A stretch of DNA of 64,000 nucleotides from the NCBI GenBank assembly GCA_029882395.1, contig JAOUKT010000010.1, positions 1,032-65,031 of the forward strand. Direction: 5' to 3'. The position numbers were made by a program, and so were the translations under genes. The notes below the pieces were generated by a model, which was not told the DNA's origin, searched no databases, and saw only the letters and a program-made list of their open reading frames with translations. Shown piece after piece: positions 18,731-28,045 of this stretch (position 1 is the first letter of the stretch; every line of letters begins with the position of its first letter). The DNA is from Gammaproteobacteria bacterium. GTDB lineage: Bacteria; Pseudomonadota; Gammaproteobacteria; SZUA-229.

Positions 18731-19957
18731 CTAACGATAGGGCTGGCGGGCCTGTTTGATGCTCTCTATCCGGCATTGCCTGATCGCATCGGCAATATCA
18801 GTACCTTTCAGGCCTTGTTGCAGAAATGGTTGGGCCGTGATTTTTTGAGCGGCGGCAAAGGCCACTCTATATATAGTGGGCTGATCAAACGCGGCATTTT
18901 CAAAACCGGTGCGCCCACGTGAGTCAGCTTCGCACGCCAGCAGGAACTGCTCAAAGCGCTCAGGCCTGCGAAAGGCATCGAGATTTTCCAGAGTGGATAA
19001 GAAGGTGTCGTCACGTAATTCGGCGGCACGGTGATAATGCAAATGATAGCGGGCGACCACAACCGCCAGATCGCGGAACGGATTTGGTGTTTTCAGGCGT
19101 TTACACACGGCCTTAACCAGAGGCACGCCGCGTTCTTCATGGCCTATGTGCTTCGGCCATTCGTTTTCAGGCGTAGTGCCTTTGCCAAGGTCATGTAGCA
19201 GAGCGGCAAAACGAACCGCGTTATCACTGGATAATCTGGCGGCCTGTTCTAATACCATCATGGTGTGAATGCCGGTATCGATTTCGGGGTGGTATTCTTT
19301 TGTTTGCGGCACGCCGAATAAAACATCAACTTCTGGCAGTATTATTTTCAATGCACCGCATTCACGCAGCACCTGAAAATAACGTTGTGGTTGGTTTTCA
19401 CCGATGGCGCGGTCAGTTTCCTGCCAGATACGCTCGGCAACCAGGTGCTGGATTTCACCCTGAGCGACAATGTCTTTCATCAGGCTCATGGTTTCTTCGG
19501 CTATGCGGAAACCCAGGTGGTGATAACGCGCCATGTATCGCGCCACGCGCAATACTCTTAACGGGTCTTCGGTGAACGCCTCGGAAACGTGCCGGAAAAC
19601 CCTGTTTTCAAGATCGGTGCGGCCATTGAACGGGTCGATGAGTTCGCCGTTTTCATCTTCAGCCATGGCGTTAATGGTGAGGTCACGCCGCAGCAGGTCT
19701 TGCTCAAGCGTAACCTCTGGCGAAGCGGAAACGCTGAAGCCTTTATAACCATGTGCACTTTTACGTTCGGTTCGGGCCAGTGCGTATTCTTCATGAGTGT
19801 CTGGGTGCAGGAAAACCGGAAAGTCATTACCGACCAGTTTATAACCGGCCGCTTCCATCTCTTCGACGGTGGCGCCCACCACAACCCAGTCACGGTCATT
19901 GGCGGGGTAATTAAGTAATTTGTCACGAACGGCGCCACCGACCAGATAAGATTTCAT
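18731..19957 (-). CDS. cca: Multifunctional CCA addition/repair protein
   Basis: YLVGGAVRD, DRDWVVVG, DLLRRDLTINAMA, EDPLRVLR, HD domain (HPEIDTGIH...LLHDLGKG). Confidence 0.97.
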   Translation of the reverse strand: MKSYLVGGAVRDKLLNYPANDRDWVVVGATVEEMEAAGYKLVGNDFPVFLHPDTHEEYALARTERKSAHGYKGFSVSASPEVTLEQDLLRRDLTINAMAEDENGELIDPFNGRTDLENRVFRHVSEAFTEDPLRVLRVARYMARYHHLGFRIAEETMSLMKDIVAQGEIQHLVAERIWQETDRAIGENQPQRYFQVLRECGALKIILPEVDVLFGVPQTKEYHPEIDTGIHTMMVLEQAARLSSDNAVRFAALLHDLGKGTTPENEWPKHIGHEERGVPLVKAVCKRLKTPNPFRDLAVVVARYHLHYHRAAELRDDTFLSTLENLDAFRRPERFEQFLLACEADSRGRTGFENAAFDQPTIYRVAFAAAQKITAQPFLQQGLKGTDIADAIRQCRIESIKQARQPYR

Positions 19958-20362
19958 TAAATACTGTTTCCGACGTTAAAGGAGTTGGCTAATATGTTAT
20001 CAGGAAGCGACAGCAATTGGTAAGAGTCACTGCTTTTTCATCTGGAAGTATTTAGACTGCAATATTTTAGAGCGATCTTTACGTTTATCATTGTTCTGAA
20101 TCAGCCCTTTTCGCTTTGGCAGAAACTAGGGCCGAGCGGACATAAAATAAAAAAAGCATCACACAAAGGTCACAGAGAAAAGCCTGTTATATAAAGGCTT
20201 GTCTCTGTGGTGAAGAATATTGTGATGTTAACAGCTATTGCAGAATTTTTGAGACTTTCAATCTGTTTAAGAAAACACAGTATTTGTTTTAAATATTTGA
20301 GTTATGCTGTCATAAAAGGCGTGGTGATTGCCGCAATAATGTTAGCGGGAATCTACTGTTTA

Positions 20363-21007
20363 TTAATCAAGCGGAATATTGAGGCGCTTTTTGTCGTAAT
20401 CACGACTGCCAAAACATGCGAGGTATTCTTTTGTGCTCATAATGCCTTTTTTATCTTCCAGCGCTGCGGATAACTCGCCATAATCATCATCAATGTCAAT
20501 ATTGACTTTTTTGCCGTTGAGCTGACCGCGACAGACTTCATAAATACGTTCATGCGATGCATCGAATACCCTGAAGCCGTGCAGGCCCAGATTGTAATAA
20601 TGCAGCGTGATCAGTGTCTGAATGGGCGCATTGCGATGGGTTGTCAGATAGCTGCCAGAGAAGTCCTGTATCACCCGGTCTTTATTGTCATATAAAAAAA
20701 CCTCGATTGAATGAATGGCATCAGGATTTTTTGTTTCCATCTGTACGATGCTGGTGACGGTGTTGTTGTCGTTATTGGTGTATTTGGTTTCCTGATAAAA
20801 GGCCGGTAGATTACTGTAGCCGCCAGTGCGTTTTGTTTCGGTATGCGGTGACCTGGCCCTTAACTGATGAGTCAGTGTTAGCAGGTCATTAACAAACTGG
20901 TTCCATTTATTGACCATCTTGTCATTGGATTGCATGTCAGCCATCGCTGTTTGCGAGTTTAAGGCAAGTAAAATAAAGATGGGCAGTGCTTTTAAAATGA
21001 ACGTCAT
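20363..21007 (-). CDS. Hypothetical secreted protein, paralogue of 2583..3215
   Basis: 214-aa ORF, signal peptide ending AMA-D; shares WNQFV, IHSIEV, RNAPxQT, IYEVCR. Confidence 0.85.
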   Translation of the reverse strand: MTFILKALPIFILLALNSQTAMADMQSNDKMVNKWNQFVNDLLTLTHQLRARSPHTETKRTGGYSNLPAFYQETKYTNNDNNTVTSIVQMETKNPDAIHSIEVFLYDNKDRVIQDFSGSYLTTHRNAPIQTLITLHYYNLGLHGFRVFDASHERIYEVCRGQLNGKKVNIDIDDDYGELSAALEDKKGIMSTKEYLACFGSRDYDKKRLNIPLD

Positions 21008-21078
21008 TGTGGGTAGCCTGTTTTTATATTGTGTCTTATTGACCAGTATAGAGGCTTAAAAGTTCAGAGCAAGACGGG

Positions 21079-21120
21079 AAAACCCTGACACTGTTGTCAA
21101 TTTGAAACGGTGTCAGGTTT
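21079..21120 (-). terminator. Probable intrinsic terminator after the aminotransferase
   Basis: Minus-strand CCTGACACCGTT...AACAGTGTCAGG stem followed by GTTTT. Confidence 0.6.
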
Positions 21121-21125
21121 GAGCT

Positions 21126-22301
21126 TTATTTCATTTTGGCCTGTGCCGCAGGGATTGCGGCGCCACTGTTTATTTTTGCGCCCATCTCGGTAAGCACGGC
21201 ATCCAGTGCACCCAGACATAACAGAATGTTTTCAGCACGACTGCTATAGCCCATCAGTCCAATTCGCCATACCTTACCGGCTAATGCACCAAGGCCAGCA
21301 CCAATTTCAAGGTTGAACTGGTTTAACAGCGTAGAGCGTACCGCGGCTTCATCCACGCCCTCTGGAATAGTGACGGCATTTAACTGCGGTAAACGTGAGT
21401 TTTCATCAACGATGAATTGAAGTCCCATGGCCTCAATGCCCGCCCGTAATGCCAGGTGATTGTTGTGGTGACGTTGCCATGAATTTTCAAGACCTTCTTC
21501 TTGCAACATAACCAGTGACTCGTGCAAAGCGTATAACGCATTAACCGGTGCTGTGTGGTGGTAAGCGCGTTTGCCTTCACCACCCCAGTAACCCATCACA
21601 AGGTTAAGGTCGAGGAACCAGCTCTGGACTCTGGTTTTGCGGTTTTTGACAACTTCGACAGCGCGGTCATTGAGGCTAACTGGTGAAATGCCCGGTACAC
21701 AGGATAAACACTTCTGAGTGCCCGAGTAGATCGCATCAATACCCCAGTCGTCAACGCGTAATTCAGAACCGCCGAGCGAGGTAACGGCATCAACAATTGT
21801 TAACGCGCCGTGCTGATGAGCCAGGTCACAAATGGCTTTGGCATCTGAAGCCGCACCGGTTGAGGTTTCGGCGTGGACAAAACAGACCGCTTTGACACCT
21901 GGATTGGCTTTTAATGCCGCTTCTACTTTCGCGACATCAACCGCTTTGCCCCAGTCATCTTCAACCATGATGGCAGTCGCGCCAATGCGCTCAACATTTT
22001 CTTTCATACGCCCGCCAAAAACACCGTTCTGGCATACGATGACATTGTCGCCGGCTTCAATCAGGTTTACAAAGCAAGTTTCCATGCCCGCAGAACCGGG
22101 TGCTGATACGGCGATGGTGAGTTCGTTTTTTGTCTGGAATGCATATTGCAGCATTGTTTTAACGTCATCCATCATGCTGACAAATTCAGGATCAAGGTGA
22201 CCGATAGTGGGTCTGCCCAGTGCAGATAAAATGCGTGGGTGAACATCAGAAGGACCGGGTCCCATTAATGTGCGTGGCGTAGGGTTAAATGAAGATGTCA
22301 T
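21126..22301 (-). CDS. Alanine/serine-glyoxylate aminotransferase family (class V PLP enzyme)
   Basis: LMGPGPSDV, IGHLDP, VHAETSTG, DAVTS, SGTQKCLS (PLP Lys), YHHTAP, WRIGLMG; ATG at 22301. Confidence 0.92.
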   Translation of the reverse strand: MTSSFNPTPRTLMGPGPSDVHPRILSALGRPTIGHLDPEFVSMMDDVKTMLQYAFQTKNELTIAVSAPGSAGMETCFVNLIEAGDNVIVCQNGVFGGRMKENVERIGATAIMVEDDWGKAVDVAKVEAALKANPGVKAVCFVHAETSTGAASDAKAICDLAHQHGALTIVDAVTSLGGSELRVDDWGIDAIYSGTQKCLSCVPGISPVSLNDRAVEVVKNRKTRVQSWFLDLNLVMGYWGGEGKRAYHHTAPVNALYALHESLVMLQEEGLENSWQRHHNNHLALRAGIEAMGLQFIVDENSRLPQLNAVTIPEGVDEAAVRSTLLNQFNLEIGAGLGALAGKVWRIGLMGYSSRAENILLCLGALDAVLTEMGAKINSGAAIPAAQAKMK

Positions 22302-22706
22302 AAATATTCCAGAAGATAATAATAGTACTGGCTGCGAAGTATACCTAGAGTTGGCTAAAAGCATAACCTATAAATTAAACGGTTATTATTGGCACCTGAA
22401 TGATGCATTTGCCTGAAAATTAGGGGTAAGGCTTGCCGGTTACTTTTTGCCCTGATAAAAAAATCTTATATGCGATTTAGCAAATATTATCATTTGATTA
22501 TATTGCTAAGTTTGTGCATAGGCTGCGCTTGAGGCGTATAAATTAAATATTCATAATTATGAATTATGTATTATATAAGCTGATTTTATGGTTTTTCATT
22601 AAAAATAAAATACGTCTTGCACTGATTTTGCCGATGCATAAGCTTGTTGTGGGTATTTGCACTATATATGTACTGCAAATACAGAAATTTAACCTGAGGG
22701 GGAATA

Positions 22707-22964
22707 ATGACTTCTGATAAAGCAAAAGATTATTGGAGTAGAAATCTGCGTCTGGTACTGGGATGTCTGGTGGTATGGTTTGCTGTTTCATTTTTATTTG
22801 GAATACTGTTAGTCGATGTATTAAACACCGTTCAAATTGGTGGTTATAAACTTGGCTTCTGGTTCGCACAACAAGGTTCGATTTACACCTTTGTTGCACT
22901 GGTTTTCTTTTACGCGTCGAAGATGAATAAGCTCGATCGTGAATTTGACGTCCACGAAGGCTAA
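22707..22964 (+). CDS. Sodium:solute symporter small subunit (DUF4212)
   Basis: 85 aa with two TM segments, YWSRNL...GYKLGFWFAQQGSIYTF; directly upstream of the SSS gene. Confidence 0.9.
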   Translation: MTSDKAKDYWSRNLRLVLGCLVVWFAVSFLFGILLVDVLNTVQIGGYKLGFWFAQQGSIYTFVALVFFYASKMNKLDREFDVHEG

Positions 22965-22975
22965 GGGGTTTATTG

Positions 22976-24757
22976 ATGGAATTACAAACATTAACTTATA
23001 TTGTCGTTGGTTTATCCTTCGCTTTATATATGGTCATTGCTGTTTGGGCTCGTGCCTCAACAACCAGTGAGTTTTATGTGGCTGGTAAGGGTATTCACCC
23101 GGTAGCAAATGGTATGGCAACAGCCGCTGACTGGATGTCTGCTGCATCATTTATCTCGATGGCAGGTTTGATCGCTTTCAAAGGTTATGACGCTTCAGTC
23201 TATCTGATGGGCTGGACCGGCGGCTATGTACTGCTGGCAATGTTACTGGCTCCTTACTTACGTAAGTATGGCAAGTTCACGGTACCTGAATTTATTGGCG
23301 ATCGCTTTTATTCAAGAACGGCACGTATCGTCGCGGTTGTTTGTTTAATCGTGGCTTCACTGACGTATGTTATCGGTCAGATGAAAGGTATCGGTGTGGC
23401 CTTTTCTCGTTTCTTAGAAGTGCCTTTTGAAGCGGGTCTGTTTGCCGGTATGGCGATTGTATTCTTCTACGCTGTGTTAGGTGGAATGAAAGGTGTTACT
23501 TACACGCAGATCGCTCAGTACGTCGTACTGATCTTTGCATACACGGTTCCTGCAGTCTTTATTTCACTGCAATTAACCGGTAACCCAATTCCGCAGTTAG
23601 GCCTGGGTAGTACCATGGCTGATGGTAGCGGTGTTTATCTGCTGGATAAACTCGACCTGGTACTGGGGGATCTCGGCTTCGCCGCTTATACAGAACAGAA
23701 AGGTGGCACGCTCAATATGATCCTGCTGACGCTGTCTCTGATGATTGGTACAGCGGGTCTACCACACGTTATTATGCGATTCTTCACGGTACCTAAGGTA
23801 CGTGATGCGCGTTCATCGGCTGGCTGGGCATTAGTCTTCATCGCGTTGTTATACACTACAGCACCTGCTGTTGGTGCAATGGCTCGTTTGAACCTGATGA
23901 ACACCATTCAGACTGGTCCGGTAGCGGCGGCAGATGCAAATCTGGCCTATGCTGACAAACCTCAGTGGTTTACTAACTGGGAAAAAACCGGTCTGTTGAA
24001 ATATGAAGACAAGAATGGCGATGGCAAAATCCAGTACTACAATGACAAGAGTGAGTCATTTGCAGAAACGGCTGAAAAAGCTGGCTGGAAAGGCAACGAG
24101 ATGGTTAAAGTTGACCGTGACATCATGGTACTGGCTAATCCTGAAATTGCCAAATTACCAAACTGGGTCATTGCTTTGGTAGCAGCCGGTGGTATCGCTG
24201 CTGCATTATCAACTGCAGCGGGTCTGTTACTGGCAATTGCATCATCTATCTCTCACGATCTGTTGAAAGGGACATTCAAACCTGAAATCAGTGAAAAGCA
24301 AGAGCTGATGTACAGTCGTATTGCTATGGCAGGGGCGGTATTGGTGGCCGGTTACTTTGGGCTTAATCCGCCCGGATTCGCCGCGCAAGTGGTCGCATTG
24401 GCATTTGGTCTGGCGGCATCATCGCTATTCCCTGCGCTGATGATGGGTATCTTTGTTAAGCGCATTAATAACAAAGGTGCTGTCGCGGGTATGTTAGCCG
24501 GTCTGGGTTCAACTCTGATCTACATCTTCCTGTACAAGGGTATCTTGTTTATCCCGGGTACAGCGATGTTAGCTGACAACCCAAGCGGCTGGATAATGGG
24601 TATTTCTCCTGGTGCCTTCGGTGCGGTAGGTGCGCTGATTAACTTTGCAGTGGCATATGCTGTTTCAAATGCAACAGAAGAACCACCAGAGCACATCCAG
24701 CACATGGTTGAGGACATTCGTGTTCCAGCGGGTGCCGGTGGTGCATCAGATCATTAA
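22976..24757 (+). CDS. Sodium:solute symporter, ActP-like (VC2705-type), probable monocarboxylate permease
   Basis: NGMATAADWMSAASF, APYLRKYGKFTVPEFIGDRF, GTAGLPHVIMRFFTV, AAALSTAAGLL; many TM helices. Confidence 0.92.
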   Translation: MELQTLTYIVVGLSFALYMVIAVWARASTTSEFYVAGKGIHPVANGMATAADWMSAASFISMAGLIAFKGYDASVYLMGWTGGYVLLAMLLAPYLRKYGKFTVPEFIGDRFYSRTARIVAVVCLIVASLTYVIGQMKGIGVAFSRFLEVPFEAGLFAGMAIVFFYAVLGGMKGVTYTQIAQYVVLIFAYTVPAVFISLQLTGNPIPQLGLGSTMADGSGVYLLDKLDLVLGDLGFAAYTEQKGGTLNMILLTLSLMIGTAGLPHVIMRFFTVPKVRDARSSAGWALVFIALLYTTAPAVGAMARLNLMNTIQTGPVAAADANLAYADKPQWFTNWEKTGLLKYEDKNGDGKIQYYNDKSESFAETAEKAGWKGNEMVKVDRDIMVLANPEIAKLPNWVIALVAAGGIAAALSTAAGLLLAIASSISHDLLKGTFKPEISEKQELMYSRIAMAGAVLVAGYFGLNPPGFAAQVVALAFGLAASSLFPALMMGIFVKRINNKGAVAGMLAGLGSTLIYIFLYKGILFIPGTAMLADNPSGWIMGISPGAFGAVGALINFAVAYAVSNATEEPPEHIQHMVEDIRVPAGAGGASDH

Positions 24758-24805
24758 TGCCAGGATAGTAATCATCCGGTATTAATTACCTGAAAATGGT
24801 AAATT

Positions 24806-24836
24806 ACAAAGGCTCCTTTATGGGGCCTTTGTTTTC
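24806..24836 (+). terminator. Intrinsic terminator after the symporter
   Basis: ACAAAGGCTCC-TTTAT-GGGGCCTTTGT followed by TTT. Confidence 0.75.
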
Positions 24837-24928
24837 TGTAAGATATATAGAGTCGCTCGATTAAATGCTAAAGCAAACAGGGCCATTTAATCGAGACACT
24901 TTAAATTTAAAAGAAGAAAGTTAAAGCT

Positions 24929-25369
24929 ATGAACAGAGATAAAAAATTAGCCATCTTAATGGCTCCCTTTTTAGCGATCGCCGGCTACATTGTCGCCGGC
25001 TATTTATCCGACAGCCCGGAGCCGCCAATGAGGGCACTGGTGATGGAGGGCGACTGCCGTATAGTGGAAGCTGACTGTGTCTTGCATAGCCCGGGCTTAA
25101 GCCTGACGCTGAGCGCGGAGCAGACATTAGAAGCCGGGCAGGCGGTGAATATTAAAATGATCAGCTCTTCAAAACTGGATGATGCGCTAATTTCATTTGC
25201 CGGCAAAAAACAGCAAAGCCGGCCGCATCGTTTGAATGAGAAAGCAGAAAATCACTGGCAGGAAAGCGTCTTTATTGAAAATAATGTTGATGCAAAACAA
25301 GCTTATCTAAGGCTTATTGTTGGCTGGCAGGGTAATGTTTATTTTGCAGAAGAAAAAATCAAACAATAA
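24929..25369 (+). CDS. Hypothetical membrane-anchored protein
   Basis: 146 aa, one N-terminal TM segment (LAILMAPFLAIAGYIVAGY), Cx6C pair, beta-rich remainder. Confidence 0.75.
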   Translation: MNRDKKLAILMAPFLAIAGYIVAGYLSDSPEPPMRALVMEGDCRIVEADCVLHSPGLSLTLSAEQTLEAGQAVNIKMISSSKLDDALISFAGKKQQSRPHRLNEKAENHWQESVFIENNVDAKQAYLRLIVGWQGNVYFAEEKIKQ

Positions 25370-25383
25370 AAAACCGGTATAAA

Positions 25384-27228
25384 ATGGAAATAGAACAACT
25401 AGAAATAGCCGACTATCTTTCTCAGTGCGCACCACTGAATAAATTACAAAGCGACGAATTAAGCCAGCTTGTACACTCACTTGAAATCAGTTATAGCCGC
25501 AAAGGAGAGCGTTTATTAACTGTAGCAGACAACAACTTCACCGTGTTTTTAATACGCTCGGGTGCACTGGCTGTTTATGATGACGAACAACAGTTGTGCG
25601 GTCAATATTCGGCGGGCGAATGGGTCGGTTACAAATCGGCATTGAGTGATGGTGAAGTCACCATGTCGGTAGTGGCAGCAGAAGATAGCCTGTTGTACAG
25701 AGTACCGGCTAACCTGATCAAACAGCTGATGAAAGAATACGATTTTATCGCTGAATATTTCTCCCATCAAAAACCGCAGCGTTTACGCAGTGCCACTCAG
25801 GATATGCGCAACACAGCGGATACCCTTCTGGTGACCACCGCGGTAAAAGATCTGGTGCATGGACAGCCATTACTGGTCGACGTAAACGATAGCATCCGTG
25901 AGGTAGCGGTTGCAATGAGCCGTGCCGGTTATACGGTAGCACTGGTCATGCAGAACGACGGCCTAAAGGGCATTGTTACCGACCGGGCCTACTGCACGAA
26001 AGTGATAGCCAGAGATTTTTCGGCCGATAAAAAAATCAGTGAGATCATGACGCATGAGCCACTGACTATCGATGCCAGTCGCGCCGGTTCAGAAGCCTTG
26101 CTGATGATGGCTCAGCACAACATCCGTCATATTCCGGTGATGCAGCAAGGCCAAGTAAAAGGCGTGGTCACCGCAACGGATTTAATCAGACAGCAAAGTC
26201 ATAATTCAATTTACCTGATCAATGAAATACACCGTGCCGATGGACTGGCCGAATTGATTGTGCTTGCAAAACAAATTCCCAATACCCTGGTCAGCCTGGT
26301 AGATAATAGTTTGACAGCTTTTGATATCGGCAACTTGATCAGCTCAATGGGTGAGGCCATAATTCAACGCTTAATCAAACTGGCGCAGAGTGAGATTGGA
26401 CAGGCACCGGTAAAATATGCCTGGATAATTGCCGGCTCGATGGCGAGAAATGAACAGACTGCGGTATCCGATCAGGACAACGCGCTGATACTGGCAGATG
26501 ATTATAACGAAAAGCTGCATGGGCAGTATTTTAAAGCCTTAAGCACGTTTGTCTGTGACGGACTGAATGAATGCGGTTACGTCTACTGCCCGGGTGATGT
26601 CATGGCCACCAATAGTAAATGGCGTCAACCGCAGGCCGTCTGGAAGGGCTATTTCGAACACTGGATCAATCAGCCTGAACCCAAAGCATTGATGTATGCC
26701 AGTATCTTTTTTGATTTGCGCTGTGTGTTTGGCGAGGCAGCGTTATTAGAAGAAGTAAGAAAAGATATGCTGGCGAAAACAAAAGGTAACGCCTTGTTCC
26801 TGAGCAATCTAATGGCAAATGCCTTAAAGTTAAGGCCGCCCTTAGGATTGTTCAGAAATTTTGTGCTGGAAGACACCGGTCATGAAGACAAAGCGCTGGA
26901 TATGAAAAAGCGCGGTGTCGTACCAATCATCGACCTGGCCAGAGTATATGCATTATCTGCTGGTGCATCCGCCGTCAATACACAAGAGCGCCTCGAGCAA
27001 GCCAGTGAAACTGGCGAGCTGAGCAAAGAAGGCATGAGTGATTTAAAAGACGCGCTGGAATTCATATCAACCGTGAGATTGCAGCACCAGTCATTGCAAT
27101 CGAAAAACAATGATGAAGTGGATAATTATGTCTCGCCTGATATGTTGTCACCGCTGGAAAGAAGGCACCTGAAAGACGCCTTCGATGTGGTGCGTAGCAT
27201 GCAGGCAGCACTGGAACGGCGCTATTAA
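25384..27228 (+). CDS. cNMP-binding/CBS/DUF294 nucleotidyltransferase-like protein
   Basis: N-terminal cNMP-like region (FLIRSGAL), CBS pair (GIVTDR, IRHIPV, GVVTATDL), NTase motif GSMARNEQTAVSDQDNAL, YCPGDVMATN, DMKKRGVVPIIDLAR. Confidence 0.92.
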   Translation: MEIEQLEIADYLSQCAPLNKLQSDELSQLVHSLEISYSRKGERLLTVADNNFTVFLIRSGALAVYDDEQQLCGQYSAGEWVGYKSALSDGEVTMSVVAAEDSLLYRVPANLIKQLMKEYDFIAEYFSHQKPQRLRSATQDMRNTADTLLVTTAVKDLVHGQPLLVDVNDSIREVAVAMSRAGYTVALVMQNDGLKGIVTDRAYCTKVIARDFSADKKISEIMTHEPLTIDASRAGSEALLMMAQHNIRHIPVMQQGQVKGVVTATDLIRQQSHNSIYLINEIHRADGLAELIVLAKQIPNTLVSLVDNSLTAFDIGNLISSMGEAIIQRLIKLAQSEIGQAPVKYAWIIAGSMARNEQTAVSDQDNALILADDYNEKLHGQYFKALSTFVCDGLNECGYVYCPGDVMATNSKWRQPQAVWKGYFEHWINQPEPKALMYASIFFDLRCVFGEAALLEEVRKDMLAKTKGNALFLSNLMANALKLRPPLGLFRNFVLEDTGHEDKALDMKKRGVVPIIDLARVYALSAGASAVNTQERLEQASETGELSKEGMSDLKDALEFISTVRLQHQSLQSKNNDEVDNYVSPDMLSPLERRHLKDAFDVVRSMQAALERRY

Positions 27229-27917
27229 TGAAAGCCCTGTTTAAAATTTTTCCCAGAGACATAGTAAGAAAACTGATCGTAAAAAACGTAAAAGACAGTG
27301 CCTTCAGGGAGTATCTAAAACATAAAATCCCCTCAAGAAAAGATCAGCTCAATAAGCTGGAATTTATAGCGCTGGACTTTGAAACAACCGGTCTTGATGT
27401 AAATAAAGATCAGATACTAAGTATTGGCTACACTGTCATTAAAAGTAAACGCATAGTTTTGGCTGAGAGTGACTACCAGGTAATCCGCCAACAGGAAAAT
27501 CTTCAAAGTGATAATGTCGCCATACACAAAATAACCGATTCAGAAGCTAGCCAGGGTCTTGAACTGAAACAATGTTTTGATCAATTATTATTGAAAATGT
27601 CCGGTAAAGTGCTGCTGGCACATCATGCGGATATAGAGCTTGGTTTTTTAAACGCAGCCTGCAAGCAATTTTACGGCCATCAGCTGCCCGTCAGAGTAGT
27701 GGATACAATGGCACTGGAAAAAAAACGCCTGCAGCGCCGCCATGCCGGAATCAAACCAAACCAGTTAAGGTTGTTCAATATCAGAAAAGCCTATGGTCTG
27801 CCCAGGTACAATGCTCACAATGCACTGGAGGACGCGATAGCTACTGCTGAAGTATTTCTGGTGATGATCAATAGGCACTGTGGAGAGAAGAAATGCAGCT
27901 TGCAGGAGTTTTTGTAG
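27228..27917 (+). CDS. DEDDh 3'-5' exonuclease (DnaQ/PolC-like)
   Basis: ALDFETTGL, HHADIELGFL, HNALEDA; TAATG overlap with the upstream gene. Confidence 0.9.
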   Translation: MKALFKIFPRDIVRKLIVKNVKDSAFREYLKHKIPSRKDQLNKLEFIALDFETTGLDVNKDQILSIGYTVIKSKRIVLAESDYQVIRQQENLQSDNVAIHKITDSEASQGLELKQCFDQLLLKMSGKVLLAHHADIELGFLNAACKQFYGHQLPVRVVDTMALEKKRLQRRHAGIKPNQLRLFNIRKAYGLPRYNAHNALEDAIATAEVFLVMINRHCGEKKCSLQEFL

Positions 27918-28045
27918 GCGTATAACTTATAAAAAAAATTTGAAGCGGTTTTAAGAGTGTACGCGAGTTGAGAATATGATAATTTTCTGTCACAGGCAGG
28001 CAGCGGCAATCTATAACAAAATATCAAATGAACAGGAATAAAAAA

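Noticed and set aside
25384-27917. NTase plus nuclease as a CBASS-like defence system
   Set aside because: The NTase is DUF294/GlnD-like with cNMP and CBS domains in a transporter context; no CD-NTase architecture or Cap effectors.
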